Assembly: GCA_964057225.1 (NCBI GenBank) | Contig: OZ059900.1 | Location: 16,182,001-16,246,000 of the forward strand | From: Auanema rhodensis | Taxonomy: Eukaryota > Animalia > Nematoda | Direction of reading: 5' to 3' | DNA length: 64,000 bases | Part shown: in pieces, positions 11,632-25,400 of the stretch | How positions within the stretch are numbered: the first letter of the stretch is position 1 | How the letters are laid out: each line of letters opens with the position of its first letter | The notes under the pieces: generated by a model | Databases searched by the model: none | Told to the model about the DNA's origin: nothing | The model's input: the letters and a program-made list of their open reading frames with translations, nothing else | Program-made: the position numbers and the translations under genes

Positions 11632-14600
11632 GCGTGTTACATACTAAAATGAAGCATTTTACATGCTAAACACTAGAAAAATACAAAAACACAGTATTTC
11701 CCATGAGAAATATTTTATTATGCTGGAAAACCAGTTTTTGGAAATTTCGCTGTAAACAAGGTTTTGACTTACGATTTCATGTGTTCAAACTCATGCAATG
11801 TCAATGAAACCTAGCTCAAATTTGTTCGTACAACGTCTAGTTCCACTTTCACGACAAAAAAACAGGGGTTAGAAAATTAAGGAAATTAGCATATTCTGAG
11901 GGCACGCCCCTTATGGCTAATATTGATTAAATCGATTTTTGTTCATATGAGTCGTCAAATGCAACGAATTTCAGCGTGTTACATACTAAAATGAAGCATT
12001 TTACATGCTGAACACTAGAAAAATACAAAAACACAGTATTTCCCATGAGAAATATTTTATTATGCTGGAAAACCAGTTTTTGGAAATTTCGCTGTAAACA
12101 AGGTTTTGACTTACGATTTCATGTGTTCAAACTCATGCAATGTCAATGAAACCTAGCTCAAAATTGTTCGTACAACGTCTAGTTCCACTTTCACGACAAA
12201 AAAACAAGGGTTAGAAAATTAAGGAAATTAGCATATTCTGAGGGCACGCCCCTTATGGCTAATATTGATTAAATCGATTTTTGTTCATATGAGTCGTCAA
12301 ATGCAACGAATTTCAGCGTGTTACATACTAAAATGAAGCATTTTACATGCTGAACACTAGAAAAATACAAAAACACAGTATTTCCCATGAGAAATATTTT
12401 ATTATGCTGGAAAACCAGTTTTTGGAAATTTCGCTGTAAACAAGGTTTTGACTTACGATTTCATGTGTTCAAACTCATGCAATGTCAATGAAACCTAGCT
12501 CAAAATTGTTCGTACAACGTCTAGTTCCACTTTCACGACAAAAAAACAGGGGTTAGAAAATTAAGGAAATTAGCATATTCTGAGGGCACGCCCCTTATGG
12601 CTAATATTGATTAAATCGATTTTTGTTCATATGAGTCGTCAAATGCAACGAATTTTAGCGTGTTACATACTAAAATGAACCATTTTACATGCTGAACACT
12701 AGAAAAATACAAAAACACAGTATTTCTCATGAAAAATATTTTATTATGCTGGAAAACCAGTTTTTGGAAATTTCGCTGTAAACAAGGTTTTGACTTACGA
12801 TTTCATGTGTTCAAACTCATGCAATGTCAATGAAACCTAGCTCAAAATTGTTCGTACAACGTCTAGTTCCACTTTCACGACAAAAAAACAAGGGTTAGAA
12901 AATTAAGGAAATTAGAATATTCTGAGGGCACGCCCCTTATGGCTAATATTGATTAAATCGATTTTGGTTCATATGAGTCGTCAAATGCAACGAATTTCAG
13001 CGTGTTACATACTAAAATGAAGCATTTTACATGCTGAACACTAGAAAAATACAAAAACACAGTATTTCCCATGAGAAATATTTTATTATGCTGGAAAACC
13101 AGTTTTTGGAAATTTCGCTGTAAACAAGGTTTTGACTTACGATTTCATGTGTTCAAACTCATGCAATGTCAATGAAACCTAGCTCAAAATTGTTCGTACA
13201 ACGTCTAGTTCCACTTTCACGACAAAAAAACAGGGGTTAGAAAATTAAGGAAATTAGTATATTCTGAGGGCACGCCCCTTATGGCTAATATTGATTAAAT
13301 CGATTTTTGTTCATATGAGTCGTCAAATGCAACGAATTTCAGCGTGTTACATACTAAAATGAAACATTTTACATGCTGAACACTAGAAAAATACAAAAAC
13401 ACAGTATTTCCCATGAGAAATATTTTATTATGCTGGAAAACCAGTTTTTGGAAATTTCGCTGTAAACAAGGTTTTGACTTACGATTTCATGTGTTCAAAC
13501 TCATGCAATGTCAATGAAACCTAGCTCAAAATTGTTTGTACAACGTCTAGTTCCACTTTCACGACAAAAAAACAGGGGTTAGAAAATTAAGGAAATTAGC
13601 ATATTCTGAGGGCACGCCCCTTATGGCTAATATTGATTAAATCGATTTTTGTTCATATGAGTCGTCAAATGCAACGAATTTCAGCGTGTTACATACTAAA
13701 ATGAAGCATTTTACATGCTAAACACTAGAAAAATACAAAAACACAGTATTTCCCATGAGAAATATTTTATTATGCTGGAAAACCAGTTTTTGGAAATTTC
13801 GCTGTAAACAAGGTTTTGACTTACGATTTCATGTGTTCAAACTCATGCAATGTCAATGAAACCTAGCTCAAATTTGTTCGTACAACGTCTAGTTCCACTT
13901 TCACGACAAAAAAACAGGGGTTAGAAAATTAAGGAAATTAGCATATTCTGAGGGCACGCCCCTTATGGCTAATATTGATTAAATCGATTTTTGTTCATAT
14001 GAGTCGTCAAATGCAACGAATTTCAGCGTGTTACATACTAAAATGAAGCATTTTACATGCTGAACACTAGAAAAATACAAAAACACAGTATTTCCCATGA
14101 GAAATATTTTATTATGCTGGAAAACCAGTTTTTGGAAATTTCGCTGTAAACAAGGTTTTGACTTACGATTTCATGTGTTCAAACTCATGCAATGTCAATG
14201 AAACCTAGCTCAAAATTGTTCGTACAACGTCTAGTTCCACTTTCACGACAAAAAAACAAGGGTTAGAAAATTAAGGAAATTAGCATATTCTGAGGGCACG
14301 CCCCTTATGGCTAATATTGATTAAATCGATTTTTGTTCATATGAGTCGTCAAATGCAACGAATTTCAGCGTGTTACATACTAAAATGAAGCATTTTACAT
14401 GCTGAACACTAGAAAAATACAAAAACACAGTATTTCCCATGAGAAATATTTTATTATGCTGGAAAACCAGTTTTTGGAAATTTCGCTGTAAACAAGGTTT
14501 TGACTTACGATTTCATGTGTTCAAACTCATGCAATGTCAATGAAACCTAGCTCAAAATTGTTCGTACAACGTCTAGTTCCACTTTCACGACAAAAAAACA

Positions 14601-17600
14601 GGGGTTAGAAAATTAAGGAAATTAGCATATTCTGAGGGCACGCCCCTTATGGCTAATATTGATTAAATCGATTTTTGTTCATATGAGTCGTCAAATGCAA
14701 CGAATTTTAGCGTGTTACATACTAAAATGAACCATTTTACATGCTGAACACTAGAAAAATACAAAAACACAGTATTTCTCATGAAAAATATTTTATTATG
14801 CTGGAAAACCAGTTTTTGGAAATTTCGCTGTAAACAAGGTTTTGACTTACGATTTCATGTGTTCAAACTCATGCAATGTCAATGAAACCTAGCTCAAAAT
14901 TGTTCGTACAACGTCTAGTTCCACTTTCACGACAAAAAAACAAGGGTTAGAAAATTAAGGAAATTAGAATATTCTGAGGGCACGCCCCTTATGGCTAATA
15001 TTGATTAAATCGATTTTGGTTCATATGAGTCGTCAAATGCAACGAATTTCAGCGTGTTACATACTAAAATGAAGCATTTTACATGCTGAACACTAGAAAA
15101 ATACAAAAACACAGTATTTCCCATGAGAAATATTTTATTATGCTGGAAAACCAGTTTTTGGAAATTTCGCTGTAAACAAGGTTTTGACTTACGATTTCAT
15201 GTGTTCAAACTCATGCAATGTCAATGAAACCTAGCTCAAAATTGTTCGTACAACGTCTAGTTCCACTTTCACGACAAAAAAACAGGGGTTAGAAAATTAA
15301 GGAAATTAGTATATTCTGAGGGCACGCCCCTTATGGCTAATATTGATTAAATCGATTTTTGTTCATATGAGTCGTCAAATGCAACGAATTTCAGCGTGTT
15401 ACATACTAAAATGAAGCATTTTACATGCTGAACACTAGAAAAATACAAAAACACAGTATTTCCCATGAGAAATATTTTATTATGCTGGAAAACCAGTTTT
15501 TGGAAATTTCGCTGTAAACAAGGTTTTGACTTACGATTTCATGTGTTCAAACTCATGCAATGTCAATGAAACCTAGCTCAAATTTGTTCGTACAACGTCT
15601 AGTTCCACTTTCACGACAAAAAAACAAGGGTTAGAAAATTAAGGAAATTAGCATATTCTGAGGGCACGCCCCTTATGGCTAATATTGATTAAATCGATTT
15701 TTGTTCATATGAGTCGTCAAATGCAACGAATTTCAGCGTGTTACATACTAAAATGAAGCATTTTACATGCTGAACACTAGAAAAATACAAAAACACAGTA
15801 TTTCCCATGAGAAATATTTTATTATGCTGGAAAACCAGTTTTTGGAAATTTCGCTGTAAACAAGGTTTTGACTTACGATTTCATGTGTTCAAACTCATGC
15901 AATGTCAATGAAACCTAGCTCAAAATTGTTCGTACAACGTCTAGTTCCACTTTCACGACAAAAAAACAGGGGTTAGAAAATTAAGGAAATTAGCATATTC
16001 TGAGGGCACGCCCCTTATGGCTAATATTGATTAAATCGATTTTTGTTCATATGAGTCGTCAAATGCAACGAATTTTAGCGTGTTACATACTAAAATGAAC
16101 CATTTTACATGCTGAACACTAGAAAAATACAAAAACACAGTATTTCTCATGAAAAATATTTTATTATGCTGGAAAACCAGTTTTTGGAAATTTCGCTGTA
16201 AACAAGGTTTTGACTTACGATTTCATGTGTTCAAACTCATGCAATGTCAATGAAACCTAGCTCAAAATTGTTCGTACAACGTCTAGTTCCACTTTCACGA
16301 CAAAAAAACAAGGGTTAGAAAATTAAGGAAATTAGAATATTCTGAGGGCACGCCCCTTATGGCTAATATTGATTAAATCGATTTTGGTTCATATGAGTCG
16401 TCAAATGCAACGAATTTCAGCGTGTTACATACTAAAATGAAGCATTTTACATGCTGAACACTAGAAAAATACAAAAACACAGTATTTCTCATGAAAAATA
16501 TTTTATTATGCTGGAAAACCAGTTTTTGGAAATTTCGCTGTAAACAAGGTTTTGACTTACGATTTCATGTGTTCAAACTCATGCAATGTCAATGAAACCT
16601 AGCTCAAAATTGTTCGTACAACGTCTAGTTCCACTTTCACGACAAAAAAACAGGGGTTAGAAAATTAAGGAAATTAGTATATTCTGAGGGCACGCCCCTT
16701 ATGGCTAATATTGATTAAATCGATTTTTGTTCATATGAGTCGTCAAATGCAACGAATTTCAGCGTGTTACATACTAAAATGAAGCATTTTACATGCTGAA
16801 CACTAGAAAAAAACAAAAACACAGTATTTCCCATGAGAAATATTTTATTATGCTGGAAAACCAGTTTTTGGAAATTTCGCTGTAAACAAGGTTTTGACTT
16901 ACGATTTCATGTGTTCAAACTCATGCAATGTCAATGAAACCTAGCTCAAATTTGTTCGTACAACGAATAGTTCCACTTTCACGACAAAAAAACAGGGGTT
17001 AGAAAATTAAGGAAATTAGCATATTCTGAGGGCACGCCCCTTATGGCTAATATTGATTAAATCGATTTTTGTTCATATGAGTCGTCAAATGCAACGAATT
17101 TCAGCGTGTTACATACTAAAATGAAGCATTTTACATGCTGAACACTAGAAAAATACAAAAACACAGTATTTCCCATGAGAAATATTTTATTATGCTGGAA
17201 AACCAGTTTTTGGAAATTTCGCTGTAAACAAGGTTTTGACTTACGATTTCATGTGTTCAAACTCATGCAATGTCAATGAAACCTAGCTCAAAATTGTTTG
17301 TACAACGTCTAGTTCCACTTTCACGACAAAAAAACAGGGGTTAGAAAATTAAGGAAATTAGCATATTCTGAGGGCACGCCCCTTATGGCTAATATTGATT
17401 AAATCGATTTTTGTTCATATGAGTCGTCAAATGCAACGAATTTCAGCGTGTTACATACTAAAATGAAGCATTTTACATGCTGAACACTAGAAAAATACAA
17501 AAACACAGTATTTCTCATGAAAAATATTTTATTATGCTGGAAAACCAGTTTTTGGAAATTTCGCTGTAAACAAGGTTTTGACTTACGATTTCATGTGTTC

Positions 17601-19497
17601 AAACTCATGCAATGTCAATGAAACCTAGCTCAAAATTGTTCGTACAACGTATAGTTCCACTTTCACGACAAAAAAACAGGGGTTAGAAAATTAAGGAAAT
17701 TAGCATATTCTGAGGGCACGCCCCTTATGGCTAATATTGATTAAATCGATTTTTGTTCATATGAGTCGTCAAATGCAACGAATTTCAGCGTGTTACATAC
17801 TAAAATGAAGCATTTTACATGCTGAACACTAGAAAAATACAAAAACACAGTATTTCCCATGAGAAATATTTTATTATGCTGGAAAACCAGTTTTTGGAAA
17901 TTTCGCTGTAAACAAGGTTTTGACTTACGATTTCATGTGTTCAAACTCATGCAATGTCAATGAAACCTAGCTCAAAATTGTTCGTACAACGTCTAGTTCC
18001 ACTTTCACGACAAAAAAACAGGGGTTAGAAAATTAAGGAAATTAGCATATTCTGAGGGCACGCCCCTTATGGCTAATATTGATTAAATCGATTTTTGTTC
18101 ATATGAGTCGTCAAATGCAACGAATTTTAGCGTGTTACATACTAAAATGAACCATTTTACATGCTGAACACTAGAAAAATACAAAAACACAGTATTTCTC
18201 ATGAAAAATATTTTATTATGCTGGAAAACCAGTTTTTGGAAATTTCGCTGTAAACAAGGTTTTGACTTACGATTTCATGTGTTCAAACTCATGCAATGTC
18301 AATGAAACCTAGCTCAAAATTGTTCGTACAACGTCTAGTTCCACTTTCACGACAAAAAAACAAGGGTTAGAAAATTAAGGAAATTAGAATATTCTGAGGG
18401 CACGCCCCTTATGGCTAATATTGATTAAATCGATTTTGGTTCATATGAGTCGTCAAATGCAACGAATTTCAGCGTGTTACATACTAAAATGAAGCATTTT
18501 ACATGCTGAACACTAGAAAAATACAAAAACACAGTATTTCCCATGAGAAATATTTTATTATGCTGGAAAACCAGTTTTTGGAAATTTCGCTGTAAACAAG
18601 GTTTTGACTTACGATTTCATGTGTTCAAACTCATGCAATGTCAATGAAACCTAGCTCAAAATTGTTCGTACAACGTCTAGTTCCACTTTCACGACAAAAA
18701 AACAGGGGTTAGAAAATTAAGGAAATTAGTATATTCTGAGGGCACGCCCCTTATGGCTAATATTGATTAAATCGATTTTTGTTCATATGAGTCGTCAAAT
18801 GCAACGAATTTCAGCGTGTTACATACTAAAATGAAGCATTTTACATGCTGAACACTAGAAAAAAACAAAAACACAGTATTTCCCATGAGAAATATTTTAT
18901 TATGCTGGAAAACCAGTTTTTGGAAATTTCGCTGTAAACAAGGTTTTGACTTACGATTTCATGTGTTCAAACTCATGCAATGTCAATGAAACCTAGCTCA
19001 AATTTGTTCGTACAACGAATAGTTCCACTTTCACGACAAAAAAACAGGGGTTAGAAAATTAAGGAAATTAGCATATTCTGAGGGCACGCCCCTTATGGCT
19101 AATATTGATTAAATCGATTTTTGTTCATATGAGTCGTCAAATGCAACGAATTTCAGCGTGTTACATACTAAAATGAAGCATTTTACATGCTGAACACTAG
19201 AAAAATACAAAAACACAGTATTTCCCATGAGAAATATTTTATTATGCTGGAAAACCAGTTTTTGGAAATTTCGCTGTAAACAAGGTTTTGACTTACGATT
19301 TCATGTGTTCAAACTCATGCAATGTCAATGAAACCTAGCTCAAAATTGTTTGTACAACGTCTAGTTCCACTTTCACGACAAAAAAACAGGGGTTAGAAAA
19401 TTAAGGAAATTAGCATATTCTGAGGGCACGCCCCTTATGGCTAATATTGATTAAATCGATTTTTGTTCATATGAGTCGTCAAATGCAACGAATTTCA
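11632..19497 (+). repeat. Approximately 6-monomer higher-order repeat domain with one 4-monomer derivative
   Basis: A marker monomer (G23C, C70T, G76A, G234A, C259A, T309G), preceded by C341T and followed by C259T, starts at 12658, 14710, 16078 and 18130. Spacings are 6, 4 and 6 monomers. Confidence 0.88.
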
Positions 19498-22400
19498 GCG
19501 TGTTACATACTAAAATGAAGCATTTTACATGCTGAACACTAGAAAAATACAAAAACACAGTATTTCCCATGAGAAATATTTTATTATGCTGGAAAACCAG
19601 TTTTTGGAAATTTCGCTGTAAACAAGGTTTTGACTTACGATTTCATGTGTTCAAACTCATGCAATGTCAATGAAACCTAGCTCAAACTTGTTCGTACAAC
19701 GTCTAGTTCCACTTTCACGACAAAAAAACAGGGGTTAGAAAATTAAGGAAATTAGCATATTCTGAGGGCACGCCCCTTATGGCTAATATTGATTAAATCG
19801 ATTTTTGTTCATATGAGTCGTCAAATGCAACGAATTTCAGCGTGTTACATACTAAAATTAAGCATTTTACATGCTGAACACTAGAAAAAAACAAAAACAC
19901 AGTATTTCCCATGAGAAATATTTTATTATGCTGGAAAACCAGTTTTTGGAAATTTCGCTGTAAACAAGGTTTTGACTTACGATTTCATGTGTTCAAACTC
20001 ATGCAATGTCAATGAAACCTAGCTCAAAATTGTTTGTACAACGTCTAGTTCCACTTTCACGACAAAAAAACAGGGGTTAGAAAATTAAGGAAATTAGCAT
20101 ATTCTGAGGGCACGCCCCTTATGGCTAATATTGATTAAATCGATTTTTGTTCATATGAGTCGTCAAATGCAACGAATTTCAGCGTGTTACATACTAAAAT
20201 GAAGCATTTTACATGCTGAACACTAGAAAAATACAAAAACACAGTATTTCCCATGAGAAATATTTTATTATGCTGGAAAACCAGTTTTTGGAAATTTCGC
20301 TGTAAACAAGGTTTTGACTTACGATTTCATGTGTTCAAACTCATGCAATGTCAATGAAACCTAGCTCAAAATTGTTCGTACAACGTCTAGTTCCACTTTC
20401 ACGACAAAAAAACAGGGGTTAGAAAATTAAGGAAATTAGCATATTCTGAGGGCACGCCCCTTATGGCTAATATTGATTAAATCGATTTTTGTTCATATGA
20501 GTCGTCAAATGCAACGAATTTCAGCGTGTTACATACTAAAATTAAGCATTTTACATGCTGAACACTAGAAAAAAACAAAAACACAGTATTTCCCATGAGA
20601 AATATTTTATTATGCTGGAAAACCAGTTTTTGGAAATTTCGCTGTAAACAAGGTTTTGACTTACGATTTCATGTGTTCAAACTCATGCAATGTCAATGAA
20701 ACCTAGCTCAAAATTGTTTGTACAACGTCTAGTTCCACTTTCACGACAAAAAAACAGGGGTTAGAAAATTAAGGAAATTAGCATATTCTGAGGGCACGCC
20801 CCTTATGGCTAATATTGATTAAATCGATTTTTGTTCATATGAGTCGTCAAATGCAACGAATTTCAGCGTGTTACATACTAAAATGAAGCATTTTACATGC
20901 TGAACACTAGAAAAATACAAAAACACAGTATTTCTCATGAAAAATATTTTATTATGCTGGAAAACCAGTTTTTGGAAATTTCGCTGTAAACAAGGTTTTG
21001 ACTTACGATTTCATGTGTTCAAACTCATGCAATGTCAATGAAACCTAGCTCAAAATTGTTCGTACAACGTCTAGTTCCACTTTCACGACAAAAAAACAGG
21101 GGTTAGAAAATTAAGGAAATTAGCATATTCTGAGGGCACGCCCCTTATGGCTAATATTGATTAAATCGATTTTTGTTCATATGAGTCGTCAAATGCAACG
21201 AATTTCAGCGTGTTACATACTAAAATGAAGCATTTTACATGCTGAACACTAGAAAAATACAAAAACACAGTATTTCCCATGAGAAATATTTTATTATGCT
21301 GGAAAACCAGTTTTTGGAAATTTCGCTGTAAACAAGGTTTTGACTTACGATTTCATGTGTTCAAACTCATGCAATGTCAATGAAACCTAGCTCAAAATTG
21401 TTCGTACAACGTCTAGTTCCACTTTAACGACAAAAAAACAGGGGTTAGAAAATTAAGGAAATTAGCATATTCTGAGGGCACGCCCCTTATGGCTAATATT
21501 GATTAAATCGATTTTTGTTCATATGAGTCGTCAAATGCAACGAATTTCAGCGTGTTACATACTAAAATTAAGCATTTTACATGCTGAACACTAGAAAAAA
21601 ACAAAAACACAGTATTTCCCATGAGAAATATTTTATTATGCTGGAAAACCAGTTTTTGGAAATTTCGCTGTAAACAAGGTTTTGACTTACGATTTCATGT
21701 GTTCAAACTCATGCAATGTCAATGAAACCTAGCTCAAAATTGTTCGTACAACGTCTAGTTCCACTTTCACGACAAAAAAACAGGGGTTAGAAAATTAAGG
21801 AAGTTAGCATATTCTGAGGGCACGCCCCTTATGGCTAATATTGATTAAATCGATTTTTGTTCATATGAGTCGTCAAATGCAACGAATTTCAGCGTGTTAC
21901 ATACTAAAATGAAGCATTTTACATGCTGAACACTAGAAAAATACAAAAACACAGTATTTCCCATGAGAAATATTTTATTATGCTGGAAAACCAGTTTTTG
22001 GAAATTTCGCTGTAAACAAGGTTTTCACTTACGATTTCATGTGTTCAAACTCATGCAATGTCAATGAAACCTAGCTCAAAATTGTTCGTACAACGCCTAG
22101 TTCCACTTTCACGACAAAAAAACAGGGGTTAGAAAATTAAGGAAATTAGCATATTCTGAGGGCACGCCCCTTATGGCTAATATTGATTAAATCGATTTTT
22201 GTTCATATGAGTCGTCAAATGCAACGAATTTCAGCGTGTTACATACTAAAATGAAGCATTTTACATGCTGAACACTAGAAAAATACAAAAACACAGTATT
22301 TCCCATGAGAAATATTTTATTATGCTGGAAAACCAGTTTTTGGAAATTTCGCTGTAAACAAGGTTTTGACTTACGATTTCATGTGTTCAAACTCATGCAA

Positions 22401-25400
22401 TGTCAATGAAACCTAGCTCAAAATTGTTCGTACAACGTCTAGTTCCACTTTCACGACAAAAAAACAGGGGTTAGAAAATTAAGGAAATTAGCATATTCTG
22501 AGGGCACGCCCCTTATGGCTAATATTGATTAAATCGATTTTTGTTCATATGAGTCGTCAAATGCAACGAATTTCAGCGTGTTACATACCAAAATGAAGCA
22601 TTTTACATGCTGAACACTAGAAAAATACAAAAACACAGTATTTCCCATGAGAAATATTTTATTATGCTGGAAAACCAGATTTTGGAAATTTCGCTGTAAA
22701 CAAGGTTTTGACTTACGATTTCATGTGTTCAAATTCATGCAATGTCAATGAAACCTTGCTCAAAATTGTTTGTACAACGTCTAGTTCCACTTTCACGACA
22801 AAAAAACAGGGGTTAGAAAATTAAGGAAATTAGCATATTCTGAGGGCACGCCCCTTATGGCTAATATTGATTAATTCGATTTTTGTTCATATGAGTCGTC
22901 AAATGCAACGAATTTCAGCGTGTTACATACTAAAATGAAGCATTTTACATGCTGAACACTAGAAAAATACAAAAACACAGTATTTCTCATGAAAAATATT
23001 TTATTATGCTGGAAAACCAGTTTTTGGAAATTTCGCTGTAAACAAGGTTTTGACTTACGATTTCATGTGTTCAAACTCATGCAATGTCAATGAAACCTAG
23101 CTCAAAATTGTTCGTACAACGTCTAGTTCCACTTTCACGACAAAAAAACAGGGGTTAGAAAATTAAGGAAATTAGCATATTCTGAGGGCACGCCCCTTAT
23201 GGCTAATATTGATTAAATCGATTTTTGTTCATATGAGTCGTCAAATGCAACGAATTTCAGCGTGTTACATACTAAAATGAAGCATTTTACATGCTGAACA
23301 CTAGAAAAATACAAAAACACAGTATTTCCCATGAGAAATATTTTATTATGCTGGAAAACCAGTTTTTGGAAATTTCGCTGTAAACAAGGTTTTGACTTAC
23401 GATTTCATGTGTTCAAACTCATGCAATGTCAATGAAACCTAGCTCAAAATTGTTCGTACAACGTCTAGTTCCACTTTCACGACAAAAAAACAGGGGTTAG
23501 AAAATTAAGGAAATTAGCATATTCTGAGGGCACGCCCCTTATGGCTAATATTGATTAAATCGATTTTTGTTCATATGAGTCGTCAAATGCAACGAATTTC
23601 AGCGTGTTACATACTAAAATGAAGCATTTTACATGCTGAACACTAAAAAAATACAAAAACACAGTATTTCCCATGAGAAATATTTTATTATGCTGGAAAA
23701 CCAGTTTTTGGAAATTTCGCTGTAAACAAGGTTTTGACTTACGATTTCATATGTTCAAACTCATGCAATGTCAATGAAACTTAGCTCAAAATTGTTCGTA
23801 CAACGTCTAGTTCCACTTTCACGACAAAAAAACAGGGGTTAGAAAATTAAGGAAATTAGCATATTCTGAGGGCACGCCCCTTATAGCTAATATTGATTAA
23901 ATCGATTTTTGTTCATATGAGTCGTCAAATGCAACGAATTTCAGCGTGTTACATACTAAAATGAAGCATTTTACATGCTGAACACTAGAAAAATACAAAA
24001 ACACAGTATTTCCCATGAGAAATATTTTATTATGCTGGAAAACCAGTTTTTGGAAATTTCGCTGTAAACAAGGTTTTGACTTACGATTTCATGTGTTCAA
24101 ACTCATGCAATGTCAATGAAACCTAGCTCAAAATTGTTCGTACAACGTCTAGTTCCACTTTCACGACAAAAAAACAGGGGTTAGAAAATTAAGGAAATTA
24201 GCATATTCTGAGGGCACGCCCCTTATGGCTAATATTGATTAAATCGATTTTTGTTCATATGAGTCGTCAAATGCAACGAATTTCAGCGTGTTACATACTA
24301 AAATGAAACATTTTACATGCTGAACACTAGAAAAATACAAAAACACAGTATTTCCCATGAGAAATATTTTATTATGCTGGAAAACCAGTTTTTGGAAATT
24401 TCGCTGTAAACAAGGTTTTGACTTACGATTTCATGTGTTCAAACTCATGCAATGTCAATGAAACCTAGCTCAAAATTGTTCGTACAACGTCTAGTTCCAC
24501 TTTCACGACAAAAAAACAGGGGTTAGAAAATTAAGGAAATTAGCATATTCTGAGGGCACGCCCCTTATGGCTAATATTGATTAATTCGATTTTTGTTCAT
24601 ATGAGTCGTCAAATGCAACGAATTTCAGCGTGTTACATACTAAAATGAAGCATTTTACATGCTGAACACTAGAAAAATACAAAAACACAGTATTTCTCAT
24701 GAAAAATATTTTATTATGCTGGAAAACCAGTTTTTGGAAATTTCGCTGTAAACAAGGTTTTGACTTACGATTTCATGTGTTCAAACTCATGCAATGTCAA
24801 TGAAACCTAGCTCAAAATTGTTCGTACAACGTCTAGTTCCACTTTCACGACAAAAAAACAGGGGTTAGAAAATTAAGGAAATTAGCATATTCTGAGGGCA
24901 CGCCCCTTATGGCTAATATTGATTAAATCGATTTTTGTTCATATGAGTCGTCAAATGCAACGAATTTCAGCGTGTTACATACCAAAATGAAGCATTTTAC
25001 ATGCTGAACACTAGAAAAATACAAAAACACAGTATTTCCCATGAGAAATATTTTATTATGCTGGAAAACCAGATTTTGGAAATTTCGCTGTAAACAAGGT
25101 TTTGACTTACGATTTCATGTGTTCAAATTCATGCAATGTCAATGAAACCTTGCTCAAAATTGTTTGTACAACGTCTAGTTCCACTTTCACGACAAAAAAA
25201 CAGGGGTTAGAAAATTAAGGAAATTAGCATATTCTGAGGGCACGCCCCTTATGGCTAATATTGATTAATTCGATTTTTGTTCATATGAGTCGTCAAATGC
25301 AACGAATTTCAGCGTGTTACATACTAAAATGAAGCATTTTACATGCTGAACACTAGAAAAATACAAAAACACAGTATTTCTCATGAAAAATATTTTATTA

